Source: Eledone cirrhosa (taxonomy: Eukaryota). Taken from it: DNA of 64,000 nucleotides. The position numbers and the translations under genes were made by a program. The notes below the pieces were generated by a model. That model did no database searches. It saw only the letters and a program-made list of their open reading frames with translations, and was not told the origin of the DNA. Shown in pieces: positions 26,085-39,810 of this stretch. Position 1 is the stretch's first letter. The number at the start of each line of letters is the position of its first letter. The stretch spans positions 5,332,001 through 5,396,000 of the forward strand of contig OZ024761.1 in the NCBI GenBank assembly GCA_964016885.1, read 5' to 3'.

Positions 26085-27589
26085 GTGAAAGAAGAGGAAA
26101 AAGCGGAGACGAGGGAAGCACCTACTCTTTGTGCTCCTGAGGAGAAGGGTTACACATTTTTTCCGGGGTGTGTGCGACCCATGTTAATGCCCCCTCCCTA
26201 TTGAGGACTTCGTTTGTTGTTGTTATTTCATTGTTATATTTTTGTACTCGTTAATTATATGTAAACTTCCCCCCTTGTATCTGTCCCTACCTTTTGTGCC
26301 CTAGTGGCAAATAAAGAAACCACTCTATATATACTATTGTATTTTCACAGTAAAGGCTTTACCTCACATAACATTTACATTACTCTATATATACTATTAT
26401 ATTTTCACAGTAAAGGCTTTACCTCACATAATATCTCACATAACATTTACATTACTCTATATATACTATTGTATTTTCACAGTAAAGGCTTTACCTCACA
26501 TAATATCTCACATAACATTTACATTACTCTATATATACTATTGTATTTTCACAGTAAAGACTTTACCTCACATAACATTTACATTACTCTATATATACTA
26601 TTGTATTTTCACAGTAAAGACTTTACCTCACATAACATTTACATTACTCTATATATACTATTGTATTTTCACAGTAAATGCTTTACCTCACATAACATTT
26701 ACATTACTCTATATATACTATTGTATTTTCACAGTAAAGACTTTACCTCACATAACATCTATATATACTATTGTATTTTCACAGTAAATGCTTTACCTCA
26801 CATAACATTTACATTACTCTATATATACTATTGTATTTTCACAGTAAATGCTTTACCTCACATAACATTTACATTACTCTATATATACTATTGTATTTTC
26901 ACAGTAAAGGCTTTACCTCACATAATATCTCACATAACATTTACATTACTCTATATATACTATTGTATTTTCACAGTAAATGCTTTACCTCACATAACAT
27001 CTCACATAACATTTACATTACTCTATATTTACTATTGTATTTTCACAGTAAAGGCTTTACTTCACATAATATCTTACATAACATCTACATTACTCTATAT
27101 ATACTATTGTATTTTCACAGTAAAGGCTTTACCTCACATAACATCTATATTACTCTATATATACTATTGTATTTTCACAGTAAAGGCTTTATCTCACATA
27201 AAATCGAATCCATGAGATTTTGATGTTATTTATTTTGAGAACAATACCTTAACATCAGTATGAGTGGTCAGTTACAGCCAGTTTGAACAGAAAGGGCTGA
27301 GGTAATTCTGGCCAGATATGGCTGGTTTAAAAGCTAAAGGGTTAAATATAATGGGTAACTTACTGGACTTTATTGTTTAGTAGTGTCTTGAGGAGTATAG
27401 CAACAGCTACAACAACATCATTTAATGTCTGCCTTCCTTGCTAGGGTTGGCTGAGTCTACATAGACCAAGTCTGTACAAAAGCTGGGCTACTGACCTCCC
27501 AGACAGGCTAGGGGGTCAGTTATCTCACATACAGTCTCAGGTTCTACTGAGTGCACAAGAGAGGTTGTCATTTCTTCGATACAACTATA

Positions 27590-28040
27590 GGGTCATGCCT
27601 ACCCTTGGTTTGGCAAGCTTTCTAGGGCTTGATGCCCTTCCTATCACCAACACAAGGGAGGCTGTCATGTCTTTGATAAAACTATAGGGTCGTGCCTACC
27701 CTTGGTTTGGCAAGTTTCTAGGGCTGGATGCCCTTCCTATCACCAACACAAGGGAGGCTGTCATGTCTTTGACACAGCTGAAGGGTCATGCCTTCCCTTG
27801 GTTTGGCAAGCTTTCTAGGGCTTGATGCCCTTCCTATCACCAACACAAGGGAGGCTGTCATGTCTTTGACACAGCTGAAGGGTCATGCCTTCCCTTGGTT
27901 TGGCAAGCTTTCTAGGGCTTGATGCCCTTCCTATCACCAACACAAGGGAGGCTGTCATTTCTTTGATACAACTATAGGGTTATGCCTACTCTTAGTTGGG
28001 CAAGCTTTCAAGGGCTGGATGCCCTTCCTATCACCAAACA
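27590..28040. repeat. Tandem repeat of about 97 bp containing a SINE-tail motif
   Basis: Units include ggctggatgcccttcctatcaccaac, shared with the SINE 3' region. Confidence 0.85.
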
Positions 28041-28102
28041 TTTTACAACAATAATGGCAAATTAGAAAAATGATCAAAGAAAGCCATCCTAGATTATCTC
28101 AC

Positions 28103-28576
28103 CTTAAAGATGATGTACAAAGTACCAAGAGCAGCTTGTCGGACCTTGATGTAGTTAGATCGCTGTTTACCACTGCCATGCGATGTGTCGCAATCAGACA
28201 GCTCCGACTCAGAGCTGCTCACATAACCTCGTCCACTGCTGACATCATTGTTCAGGTGTAAGTTACCAAGGAGATTACAGAGCAGGGGGTCCCCTTCTAT
28301 GGTGTTGCTAAGGTCCCGGCTCAGAGAAGATGATGGAAATGATGAGATAGGGCTGCTGTAGTGGACATCATCGTCTCCATCTTTTGTGTCCGGTTGCCGT
28401 CTAGACACTACCTTCTTCTTCTTCTTCTTCTTCTGTGGCTGTTTGCCCCCACCAGCAGTGTCCAGCTTGGCTGTGTTGTTGCTGGACACAGAGGGGTTGT
28501 ACTGACTCATAGGAATGGGATAGAGAGTCTGTGGAGTGGTCAGTGGGTAGTTGGCCAGGCCATAAAACACATAATT
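28103..28576 (-). CDS. HEATR6: HEATR6 exon 7
   Basis: tttcag|NYVFYGL...LYP...KKKKKKK...SSSESELSDCD...KVRQAALGTLYIIFK|gtgaga; 474 bp; carries the HEATR6-like SSSES.SD and KVRQ.AL motifs. Confidence 0.92.
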
Positions 28577-28621
28577 CTGAAACAGAGAACACTGACCGTC
28601 AGTTTACTGGGGTCAAACTAT

Positions 28622-30372
28622 GTGGTGGTGGTGGTGGTGGTGGTGGTGGTGGTGGTGGTGGTGTAGATGGTGGTGGTGGTGGTGGTGGTGCTGATGGTGG
28701 GGAGAGGGTTGGTGGTGATGGTGTAGATGGTAGTGTAGATGGTGGTGGTGGTGGTGGTGGTGATGGTGGGGAGAGGGTTGGTGGTGATGGTGTAGATGGT
28801 GGTGTTGATGGTGTTGGTGATGGTGGGGAGAGGGTTGGTGGTGATGGCGGTGGTGATGGTGTAGATGGTGGTGGTGGTGGTGGTGGTGGTGGTGGTGGTG
28901 GTGGTGGTGGTGGTGGTGGTGGTGGTGTTGATGGTGATGGTGGGGAGAGAGTTGGTGGTGATGGCGGTGTAGATGGTGGTGTTGATGATGGTGGTGGTGG
29001 TGGTGGTGGTGTTGGTGATGGTGGGAAGAGGGTTGGTGGTGATGGCGGTGGTGATGGTGTAGATGGTGGTGTTGATGGTGGTGGTGGTGGTGGTGGTGGT
29101 GTTGATGGTGTTGGTGATGGTGGTGGTGGTGATGGCGGTGGTGATGGTGTAGATGGTGGTGTTGATGGTGGTGGTGATGGTGTTGGTGATGGTGGGGAGA
29201 GGGTTGGTGGTGATGGCGGTGGTGATGGTGTAGATGGTGGTGGTGGTGGTGGTGGTGGTGGAGTTGATGGTGATGGTGGGGAGAGGGTTGGTGGTGATGG
29301 CGGTGGTGATGGTGTAGATGGTGGTGGTGGTGGTGGTGGTGGTGGTGATGGTGGTGGTGGTGGTGGTGTTGATGGTGATGGTGGGGAGAGAGTTGGTGGT
29401 GATGGCGGTGTAGATGGTGGTGTTGATGATGGTGGTGGTGGTGGTGGTGGTGGTGGTGGTGGTGTTGGTGATGGTGGGAAGAGGGTTGGTGGTGATGGCG
29501 GTGGTGATGGTGTAGATGGTGGTGTTGATGGTGGTGGTGGTGGTGGTGGTGGTGTTGATGGTGGTGGTGGTGGTGGTGGTGGTGGTGGGGAGAGGGTTGG
29601 TGGTGATGGTGTAGATGGTGGTGTTGATGGTGGTGGTGGTGGTGTTGGTGATGGTGGGGAGAGGGTTGGTGGTGATGGCGGTGGTGATGGTGTAGATGGT
29701 GGTGTTGAAAGTGGTGGTGGTGGTGGTGTTGATGGTGGTGGTGGTGGTGGTGGTGGTGGTGTTGATGATGGTGGTGGTGGTGTTGATGATGGTGGTGGTG
29801 GTGTTGATGATGGTGGTGGTGGTGGTGGTGGTGTTGGTGGGGAGAGGGTTGGTGGTGATGGTGTAGATGCTGGTGTTGATGGTGGTGGTGGTGTTGGTGG
29901 TGATGGGTAGGAGAGGGTTGGTGGTGATGGCGGTGTAGATGGTGTAGATGGTGGTGTTGGTGGTGGTGGTGGTGTTGGTGATGGTGGGGAGAGGGTTGGT
30001 GGTGATGGCGGTGTAGATGGTGGTGTTGATAGTGGTGGTGGTGGTGGTGATGTTGGTGATGGTGGAGAGAGGGTTGGTGGTGATGGCGGTGGTGATGGTG
30101 TAGATGGTGGTGTTGATGGTGGTGGTGATAGTGGTAGTTGTAGTGGTGGTAGTAATGGTGGTGGTATATGTGGTAGTGGTAGTTGTAGTGGTAGTGGTAT
30201 TGGTGGTGTACATAACAATGGTGATAGTGGTAGTTGTAGTGGTAGTTGTAATGGTGATGGTAGTGGTACTAGTGGTTGTCATGGCAATGGTGATAGTGGT
30301 AGTTGTAGTGGTGGTTGTTATGGCAATGGTGACAGTGGTAGTTGTAGTGGTGGTTGTCATGGCAATGGTGAT
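28622..30372. repeat. (GGT)n-based complex microsatellite
   Basis: Seen directly; similar tracts at 9330-9725 and 41430-42255. Confidence 0.95.
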
Positions 30373-30415
30373 ACTCTAATTAAATATAATTAAAGAGATA
30401 AAGTAAGGCAATTAC

Positions 30416-30511
30416 CCAAACTCCAGATAGTAGCAGACCAATATTTTCAGGAGGGATTGACCGTGTGGCTAGAATAACATTGTGTAGACCTCTTAATGTG
30501 TGACACAGGAT
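30416..30511 (-). CDS. HEATR6: HEATR6 exon 6
   Basis: tttgcag|ILCHTLRGLHNVILATRSIPPENIGLLLSGVW|gtaatt; 96 bp. Confidence 0.85.
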
Positions 30512-30599
30512 CTGCAAAATACACATAAAAACCAGTGGAGTGACAGTTAAAATGATTTTTACACATTAAGGACTCAACTATGGTTAGATTTACCTTTAA

Positions 30600-31690
30600 C
30601 CCATTAGTATTTACATTACTCTATATATACTATTGTATTTTCACAGTAAAGGCTTTACCTCACATAATATTTACTTTACTCTATATATACTATTGTATTT
30701 TCACAGTAAAGGCTTTACCTCACATAATATCTCACATAACATTTACATTACACTATATATTCTATTGTATTTTCACAGTAAAGGCTTTACCTCACATAAT
30801 ATCTCACATAACATTTACATTACTCTATATATACTATTGTATTTTCACAGTAAAGGCTTTACCTCACATAATATCTCACATAACATTTACATTACACTAT
30901 ATATACTATTGTATTTTCACAGTAAAGGCTTTACCTCACATAATATCTCACATAACATTTACATTACACTATATATACTATTGTATTTCACAGTAAAGGC
31001 TTTACCTTACATAATATCTCACATAACATTTATATTACTCTATATATACTATTGTATTTTCACAGTAAAGGTTTACCTCACATAATATCTCACATAACAT
31101 TTACATTACACTATATATACTATTGTATTTTCACAGTAAAGGTTTACCTCACATAATATCTCACATAACATTTACATTACACTATATATACTATTGTATT
31201 TCACAGTAAAGGCTTTACCTTACATAATATCTCACATAACATTTACATGACTCTATATATACTATTGTATTTTCACAGTAAAGGCTTTACCTCACATAAT
31301 ATCTCACATAACATTTACATGACTCTATATATACTATTGTATTTTCACAGTAAAGGCTTTACCTCACATAATATCTCACATAACATTTACATTACTCTAT
31401 ATATACTATTGTATTTCACAGTAAAGGCTTTACCTTACATAATATCTCACATAACATTTACATTACTCTATATATACTATTGTATTTTCACAGTAAAGGT
31501 TTACCTCACATAATATCTCACATAACATTTACATTACACTATATATACTATTGTATTTTCACAGTAAAGGTTTACCTCACATAATATCTCACATAACATT
31601 TACATTACTCTATATATACTATTGTATTTTCACAGTAAAGGCTTTACCTCACATAATACCTCACATAACATTTACACTACTCTATATATA
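30600..31690. mobile_element. Third, truncated copy of the TTAA MITE with the 72-bp array
   Basis: TTAA|CCCATTAGTATT followed by about 15 units; ends at the (TAA)n tail of a CR1 fragment. A solo end of the family lies at about 44625-44745. Confidence 0.7.
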
Positions 31691-32275
31691 TAATAATAAT
31701 AATAATGAAATTATTGTGTAAAGTGCTCAGGTGCACTACAACTCGTCAAAGGTGTATGTATAGTACATAGAATAATACACAAATGTCAGGGAAGTACATG
31801 TGTGTATGTGTTAGCTGTAGTGTTGGCGGATCTTGGGAAGCATGGAGGCCTTCAAGGATGCAGTGTCTCGACAGCTAACAACTGATGCAGGTAGTTTGTT
31901 CCATGCTTCAGCAACACTGAGCGTGAAAAAATGTTTCCGAAAGTCATGGGAACTGTGCTGTTTTCTTACTTTGTGGGCATGTCCACGTGTGTTAGATACA
32001 TGGAAATCAAAAAGGTACTGAGGGTTGTTGTTGGCAACATGGTTAACAATTTTGTGGGTGTTTACCAAGTCAGTTGCCAGGCGTCGGAGCTTCAATGTAT
32101 CCATGTCCAGGGAAGCAAGGCGTTCAGAGTATGGTAGATGCCTGATGGAGGGTATTCGCTTGGTTGCACGCCTCTGAACAGTTTCCAGGCGGTCAATGTT
32201 CTGAGCAAGATAGGGGTTCCAGACTGGTGATGCAAATTCTAAGTGTGGTCGCACCATAGCCATGTACAGCCTTCT
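31690..32275 (-). pseudogene. CR1-like LINE 3' fragment with simple-repeat tail
   Basis: VRPHLEFASPVWNP...LETVQRRATK...TRGH...FF..VAEAWNKLP. Confidence 0.85.
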
Positions 32276-32354
32276 GTATTACTGTGTAGCACCAAAGATC
32301 TCGGTCCAGTGACCTTGACTTGGAGAGGTGTAAGTGTGTGAGGTCGGAATTTAT

Positions 32355-32582
32355 CAGATCGTCCAAGGTTTCTACTACCATCAATTTCGATCACCCTGCA
32401 CTTTTTTATACAGCTGTCATCTTTCATGCACATCACATGGCCATACCAACGTAGTCTTCTCTCAAGTAAACAGCATCTGAGCCCTCTTATTCCTAATTTC
32501 TCACTTAGTTTATTTATGCTTTGCCGTTCACGTATATTACTATTACACATCCAATGGAACATGCATACTTCGTTCCTTTCCA
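32355..32582 (-). pseudogene. RTE LINE 3' fragment
   Basis: LSEKLGIRG...RRLRWYGHVM; similar pieces at 46390-46615 and 47880-47975. Confidence 0.75.
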
Positions 32583-34165
32583 GATGAGGGTGTATGATCT
32601 AAGATGAGGGTGTATGATCTAAGATGTGGGTGTATGATCTAAGATGAGGGTGTATGATCTAAGATGTGGGTGTATGATCTAAGATGAGGGTGTATGATCT
32701 AAGATGAGGGTGTATGATCTAAGATGAGAGTGTATGATCTAAGATGAGAGTGTATGATCTAAGATGAGGGTGTATGATCTAAGATGAGGGTGTATGATCT
32801 AAGATGAGGGTGTATGATCTAAGATGAGGGTGTATGATCTAAGATGAGGGTGTATGATCCGAGATGAGAGTGTATGATCTAAGATGAGGGTGTATGATCT
32901 AAGATGAGAGTGTATGATCTAAGATGAGGGTGTATGATCTAAGATGAGGGTGTATGATCTAAGATGAGGGTGTATGATCTAAGATGAGGGTGTATGATCT
33001 AAGATGAGGGTGTATGATCTAAGATGAGGGTGTATGATCTAAGATGAGGGTGTATGATCTAAGATGAGAGTGTATGATCTAAGATGAGGGTGTATGATCT
33101 AAGATGAGGGTGTATGATCTAAGATGAGAGTGTATGATCTAAGATGAGGGTGTATGATCTAAGATGAGGGTGTATGATCTAAGATGAGGGTGTATGATCT
33201 AAGATGAGGGTGTATGATCCGAGATGAGGGTGTATGATCTAAGATGAGGGTGTATGATCTAAGATGAGAGTGTATGATCTAAGATGAGGGTGTATGATCT
33301 AAGATGAGGGTGTATGATCTAAGATGAGGGTGTATGATCTAAGATGAGAGTGTATGATCTAAGATGAGGGTGTATGATCTAAGATGAGGGTGTATGATCT
33401 AAGATGAGAGTGTATGATCTAAGATGAGGGTGTATGATCTAAGATGAGGGTGTATGATCTAAGATGAGGGTGTATGATCTAAGATGAGAGTGTATGATCT
33501 AAGATGAGGGTGTATGATCTAAGATGAGGGTGTATGATCTAAGATGAGGGTGTATGATCTAAGATGAGGGTGTATGATCTAAGATGAGAGTGTATGATCT
33601 AAGATGAGGGTGTATGATCTAAGATGAGGGTGTATGATCTAAGATGAGGGTGTATGATCTAAGATGAGGGTGTATGATCTAAGATGAGGGTGTATGATCT
33701 AAGATGAGGGTGTATGATCCGAGATGAGGGTGTATGATCTAAGATGAGGGTGTATGATCTAAGATGAGGGTGTATGATCCGAGATGAGGGTGTATGATCT
33801 AAGATGAGGGTGTATGATCTAAGATGAGGGTGTATGATCTAAGATGAGGGTGTATGATCCGAGATGAGGGTGTATGATCTAAGATGAGGGTGTATGATCT
33901 AAGATGAGGGTGTATGATCTAAGATGAGGGTGTATGATCCGAGATGAGGGTGTATGATCTAAGATGAGGGTGTATGATCTAAGATGAGGGTGTATGATCT
34001 AAGATGAGGGTGTATGATCTAAGATGAGGGTGTATGATCTAAGATGAGGGTGTATGATCTAAGATGAGGGTGTATGATCTAAGATGAGGGTGTATGATCT
34101 AAGATGAGGGTGTATGATCCGAGATGAGAGTGTATGATCCGAGATGAGAGTGTATGATCCGAGGG
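32582..34165. repeat. 20-bp minisatellite
   Basis: (aagatgagggtgtatgatct) about 79 copies. Confidence 0.97.
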
Positions 34166-34629
34166 TATATGAAGCAAGACCTGAAACATCCAGTGACTCC
34201 AAACTAAAACAGTGATGATATCTCCAAGGTTTTACATCTGTGGATGTGTGAAGAACTATCGGATGGCTCTAACACTCCACCACGGATCATCTCAAGCAGA
34301 ACTGACCAAGGAAACCCAACAGCAATTTAACAAATTGGCAGAGTCGTTAGGACGTTGGATAGAGTGATTTAACGTATTTATTCCGGTACTCTGCTCTCTG
34401 AGGTCAACTTTGCCTTTCATCCTTTCAACGTTGTTAAAAATAAGTACCAGTCTAGTACTGGGGTAGATTCTTCCTCTAGATCTCTTTTCATCTTTCTCTG
34501 GAGGAAATCTGCTGTACTGCGGCCTGGAGGGGGATGCGCTCCGCCAGGACTAAAATGTCCAAGAAATGCTGTATGTCAATATGGCACCCCTGCGACTCTA
34601 TCAGGAGTTACGGGACCATGTACGCATGC

Positions 34630-37600
34630 ACCACATGTACATGTACACACACACACACATATACATGTACACACACATACATGTAGGCGCATACACACAT
34701 GCACACACACACATACATGTACACACACACATATACATGTACACACACATACATGTAGGCACATACACACATACACATACATGTACACACACACACACAT
34801 ACATGTAGACACACACACACATACATGTACACACACACACATACATGTAGGCAGATACACACACACACATACATGTACACACACACATATACATGTACAC
34901 ACACATACATGTAGGCATATACACATGCACACACACACATACATGTAGGCACATACACACAAGCACACACACATACATGTACACACACACATATACATGT
35001 ACACACTCATACATGTAGCCACATACACACATGCACACACACACATACACGTACACACACATATACATGTACACACACATACATGTAGGCACATACACAC
35101 ATGCAAACACACACATACATGTACACACACACACACATATACATGCACACACACATACATGTAGGCACATACACACATGCACACACACACATACATGTAC
35201 ACACACACACATATACATGTACACACATATACATGTAGACACACACACATGCACACACACACACACATATACATGTACACACACATACATGTAGACACAT
35301 ACACACATGCACACACACACACATACATGTACACACACACACACATATACATGTACACACATACATGTAGGCGCATACACACATGCACACACACACATAC
35401 ATGTACACACACACATATACATGTACACACACATACATGTAGGCACATACACACATACACATACATGTACACACACACATACATGTAGACACATACACAC
35501 ATGCACACACACACACATACATGTACACACACACACACATACATGTAGGCACATACACACACACATATATGTACACACACACACATACATGTAGGCATAT
35601 ACACACATGCACACACACACATACATGTACACACACACACACACATACATGTAGGCACATACACACAAGCACACACACATATACATGTACACACACATAC
35701 ATGTAGGCACATACACACATGCACACACACATACATGTAGGCACATATACACATGCACACACACACATACATGTACACACACACACACATATACATGTAC
35801 ACACACATACATGTAAGCACATACACACATGCACACACACACATACATGTACACACACATACATATACATGTACACACACATACATGTAGGCACATACAC
35901 ACATGCACACACACACATACATGTAGACACATACACACATGTACACACACATACATGTACACACACACACATATACATGTACACACACATACATGTAAGC
36001 ACATACACACATGCACACACACACATACATGTACACACACACACATATACATGTACACACACATACATGTAGGCATATATACACACATGCACACACACAC
36101 ATACATGTACACACACACACACATATACATGTACACACACATACATGTAGGCACATACACACATGCACACACACACATACATGTACACACACACACACAT
36201 ATACATGTACACACACATACATGTAGGCACATACACACATGCACACACACACACATACTTGTACACACACACACACACACATACATGTAGGCACTTACAC
36301 ACATGCACACACACACATACATGTACACACACACACATATACATGTACACACACATACATGTAGGCACATACACACATGCACACACACACATATACATGT
36401 AGGCACATACACACATGCACACACACATACATGTACACACACACACACATATACATGTACACACACATACATGTAGGCACATACACACATGCACACACAC
36501 ACACACACATACTTGTACACACACACACATACATGTAGGCACTTACACACATGCACACACCCACATACATGTAGACACATACACACATGCACACACACAT
36601 ACATGTACACACACACACACATATACATGTACACACACATACATGTAAGCACATACACACATACACATACATGTACACACACACACATACATGTACACAC
36701 ACATACATGTAGGCACATACACACATGCACACACACACATACATGTACACACACACACACATATACATGTACACACACATACACACATGCACACACACAC
36801 ATATACATGTAGGCACATACACACATGCACACACACATACATGTACACACACACACACATATACATGTACACACACATACATGTAAGCACATACACACAT
36901 ACACATACATGTACACACACACACATACATGTACACACACATACATGTAGGCACATACACACATGCACACACACACATACATGTACACACACTCACATAT
37001 ACATGTACACACACATACATGTAGGCACATACACACATGCACACACACACATATACATGTAGGCACATACACACATGCACACACACACATATACATGTAG
37101 GCACATACACACATGCACACACACATACATGTACACACACACACACATATACATGTACACACACATACATGTAGGCACATACACACATGCACACACACAC
37201 ACATATTTGTACACACACACACACATATACATGTACACACACATACATGTAGGCAATACACACATGCACACACACATACATGTACACACACATATACATG
37301 TACACACACATACATGTAGGCACATACACACACACACACATACATGTACACACACACATATACATGTAGGCACACACACACATACATGTACACACACACA
37401 CACATATACATGTACACACACATACATGTAGGCACATACACACATGCACACACCCACATACATGTAGACACATGCACACATGCACACACATACATGTACA
37501 CAGACACACACATATACATGTACACACACATACACACATACATGTAGACACACACACACACATATATACATGTAGGCACATACACACATACATGTACACA

Positions 37601-37827
37601 CACACACACATATAAATGTACACACACATACACACATGCACACACACACATACATGTACACACACACACATATAGCCACATACACACATACATGTACACA
37701 CACACATATACATGTACACACATACATGTAGACACATACAAACATGCACACACACACACATACATGTAGACACGCATACATGTACACACACACACACATA
37801 CACACACATACATATATACACACACAT
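34630..37827. repeat. (CA)-rich complex satellite
   Basis: acacatacatgta modules. Confidence 0.97.
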
Positions 37828-38406
37828 GATTAAACTGTGATAATAATTGTTTCTACTTTAGGCCCAAGGCCAGCAATTACCCAGTGCATTACTGGTATTT
37901 TATTTCATTGACCCCTTTTATTTTATTGTATGAAAGGCAAAGTTTACCTTGAAAGGATTTTAACTCAGATTGTAAAGGGCCGTAACTCTATGCTGCCAAT
38001 CACCGCCCTTGTGATAATAATTGTTTCTACGTTTGGCACAAGGCCAGAAATTTACCAGTGCATTACTGGTACTTTATTTTATCGACCCCGTAAGGATGAA
38101 AGGCAAAGTTAACCTCGGCGGGATTTGAACTCAGATCATAAAGGGACGTAACTCTATGCTTCAAAGCATGGCGTCCGACTCTCTACCGATACTGCCAATA
38201 ATTGTTTCTACTTTTGGCACCAGGCCAGCAATTATCCCAGTGCATTACTGGTACTTTATTTTATCGACCCCGTAAGGATGAAAGGCAAAGTTAACCTCGG
38301 CGGGATTTGAACTCAGATCATAAAGGGAGGTAACTCTATGCTTCAAAGCATGGCGTCCGACTCTCTACCGATACTGCCAATAATGATAGTGAATGGTGCT
38401 ACTTAC

Positions 38407-38521
38407 TTTACACTTTGGTAGAATGTCCATAGTTAAAGCTGGAATGTCGTAGAGAATTTTGAGGAAAATGTCGATACATGCTGATACATACTTTTCCTCC
38501 ATGTAGGAGGAATTCCCTGAC
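38407..38521 (-). CDS. HEATR6: HEATR6 exon 5
   Basis: ttttcag|(K)SGNSSYMEEKYVSACIDIFLKILYDIPALTMDILPKCK|gtaagt; 115 bp, phase 2/0. Confidence 0.85.
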
Positions 38522-38624
38522 CTGAAAAAAGAAGATGGAGAAGTTCCAAAGCTGGAAACATAGTCAGAAGACCTGAAGGTCAACATAATAAAGTATAAAC
38601 GATTAATTGTAACTAGAAGAACAA

Positions 38625-39337
38625 AAGGAGCTGATTATCAGACTGGACCAAGGAAACAATGTTTCCATTGTTGATACTATCTGTCAGAAGAAAGGAGCTG
38701 ATCATCAGATCAGGCCAAGGAAACAATGTTTCCATTGTCCAGTATTGCTGATACTGTTTCTACCAGTTGCAACTCCTGGCAGTTTAGAACACATTAACAA
38801 GAGGTTATTTCATAAGATTATAACAGAAGATTTAGATATAAATATAAAAAGGAGCCAAATTATCAGATCAGAATGAGCAAACAGAAGAAGACCAAGAAAA
38901 CAATGTTTCCATTGGTCTTTCCATTACTGATACTATCTGTCAGTCACAACTCCTGGCAGAAGAAAGGAGCTGATCATCAGATCAGACCAAGGAAACAATG
39001 TTTCCATTGGTCTTTCCATTACTGATACTATCTGTCAGTCACAACTCCTGGCAGAAGAAAGGAGCTGATCATCAGATCAGACCAAGGAAACAATGTTTCT
39101 ATTGGTCTTTCCATTGCTGATACTGTCTGTCAGTCACAACTCCTGCAAGAAGAAAGGAGCTGATCATCAGATCAGACCAAAGAAACAATGTTTCTATTGG
39201 TCTTTCCATTGCTGATACTGTCTGTCAGTCACAACTCCTGGAAGAAGAAAGGAGCTGATCATCAGATCAGACCAAAGAAACAATGTTTCTATTGGTCTTT
39301 CCATTGCTGATACTGTCTGTCAGTCACAACTCCTGGT
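38625..39337. repeat. Minisatellite of about 95 bp
   Basis: aaggagctgatcatcagatcagaccaaggaaacaatgtttccattg units. Confidence 0.9.
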
Positions 39338-39810
39338 AGAAAGAGATAGGATTTGAACTCAGAATATACAAAGCCAGATCAATTACCACAAAGTATTCTT
39401 AACTATTTTTTCAATCCGCCATCCAAACATTTCAATTACTAGAATTTCTTTCAACACACTGAAGCATATATGTATATGTGTGCATGTGTGTATGTGTGCG
39501 CGTGTGTGTATGTGTATGTGTGTGAAGGTGCATACATTTATTTGTATGAGTATATAAATATAAATGTGCAAACACAGACACACTTACAGACATACATTCA
39601 CACAAACACACACATACATTCACACAAACACACATACATTCACACACAAACACATATACACAATAATTATTACATACGCAGTGTTCTATGTATGAGTATA
39701 TAAATATAAACACACAAACACACATGCACTCACACACATATATACTAACTCAAACACACACACAGCATTTCACCATCCCCTTCCTTCCTTCTACACTCAC
39801 ATACATATTT

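Larger units (their letters stand above)
20678..26320 (+). mobile_element. Apparently full-length Tx1/L1-group non-LTR retrotransposon
   Basis: About 210 bp 5'UTR, two intact tandem ORFs, and a T-rich 3'UTR ending in AATAAAGAAAC; it interrupts a 72-bp tandem array. Confidence 0.92.
19923..27341. mobile_element. Same TTAA MITE family (opposite orientation), hosting the LINE
   Basis: TTAA|TCCTTTAGCATT...AAAGCTAAAGGG|TTAA; 72/60-bp arrays at 19930-20677 and 26321-27200; its unique end matches the reverse complement of 8030-8150. Confidence 0.8.

Noticed and set aside
28531-30379. Gly-, Pro- or Thr-rich ORFs resembling extensin or mucin
   Set aside because: (GGT)n microsatellite in a HEATR6 intron, open in several frames.
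34576-37827. Long ORFs (up to 1074 aa) of CVCVYM / HTHTY
   Set aside because: Translations of a (CA)-rich satellite that lacks stop codons; not genes.
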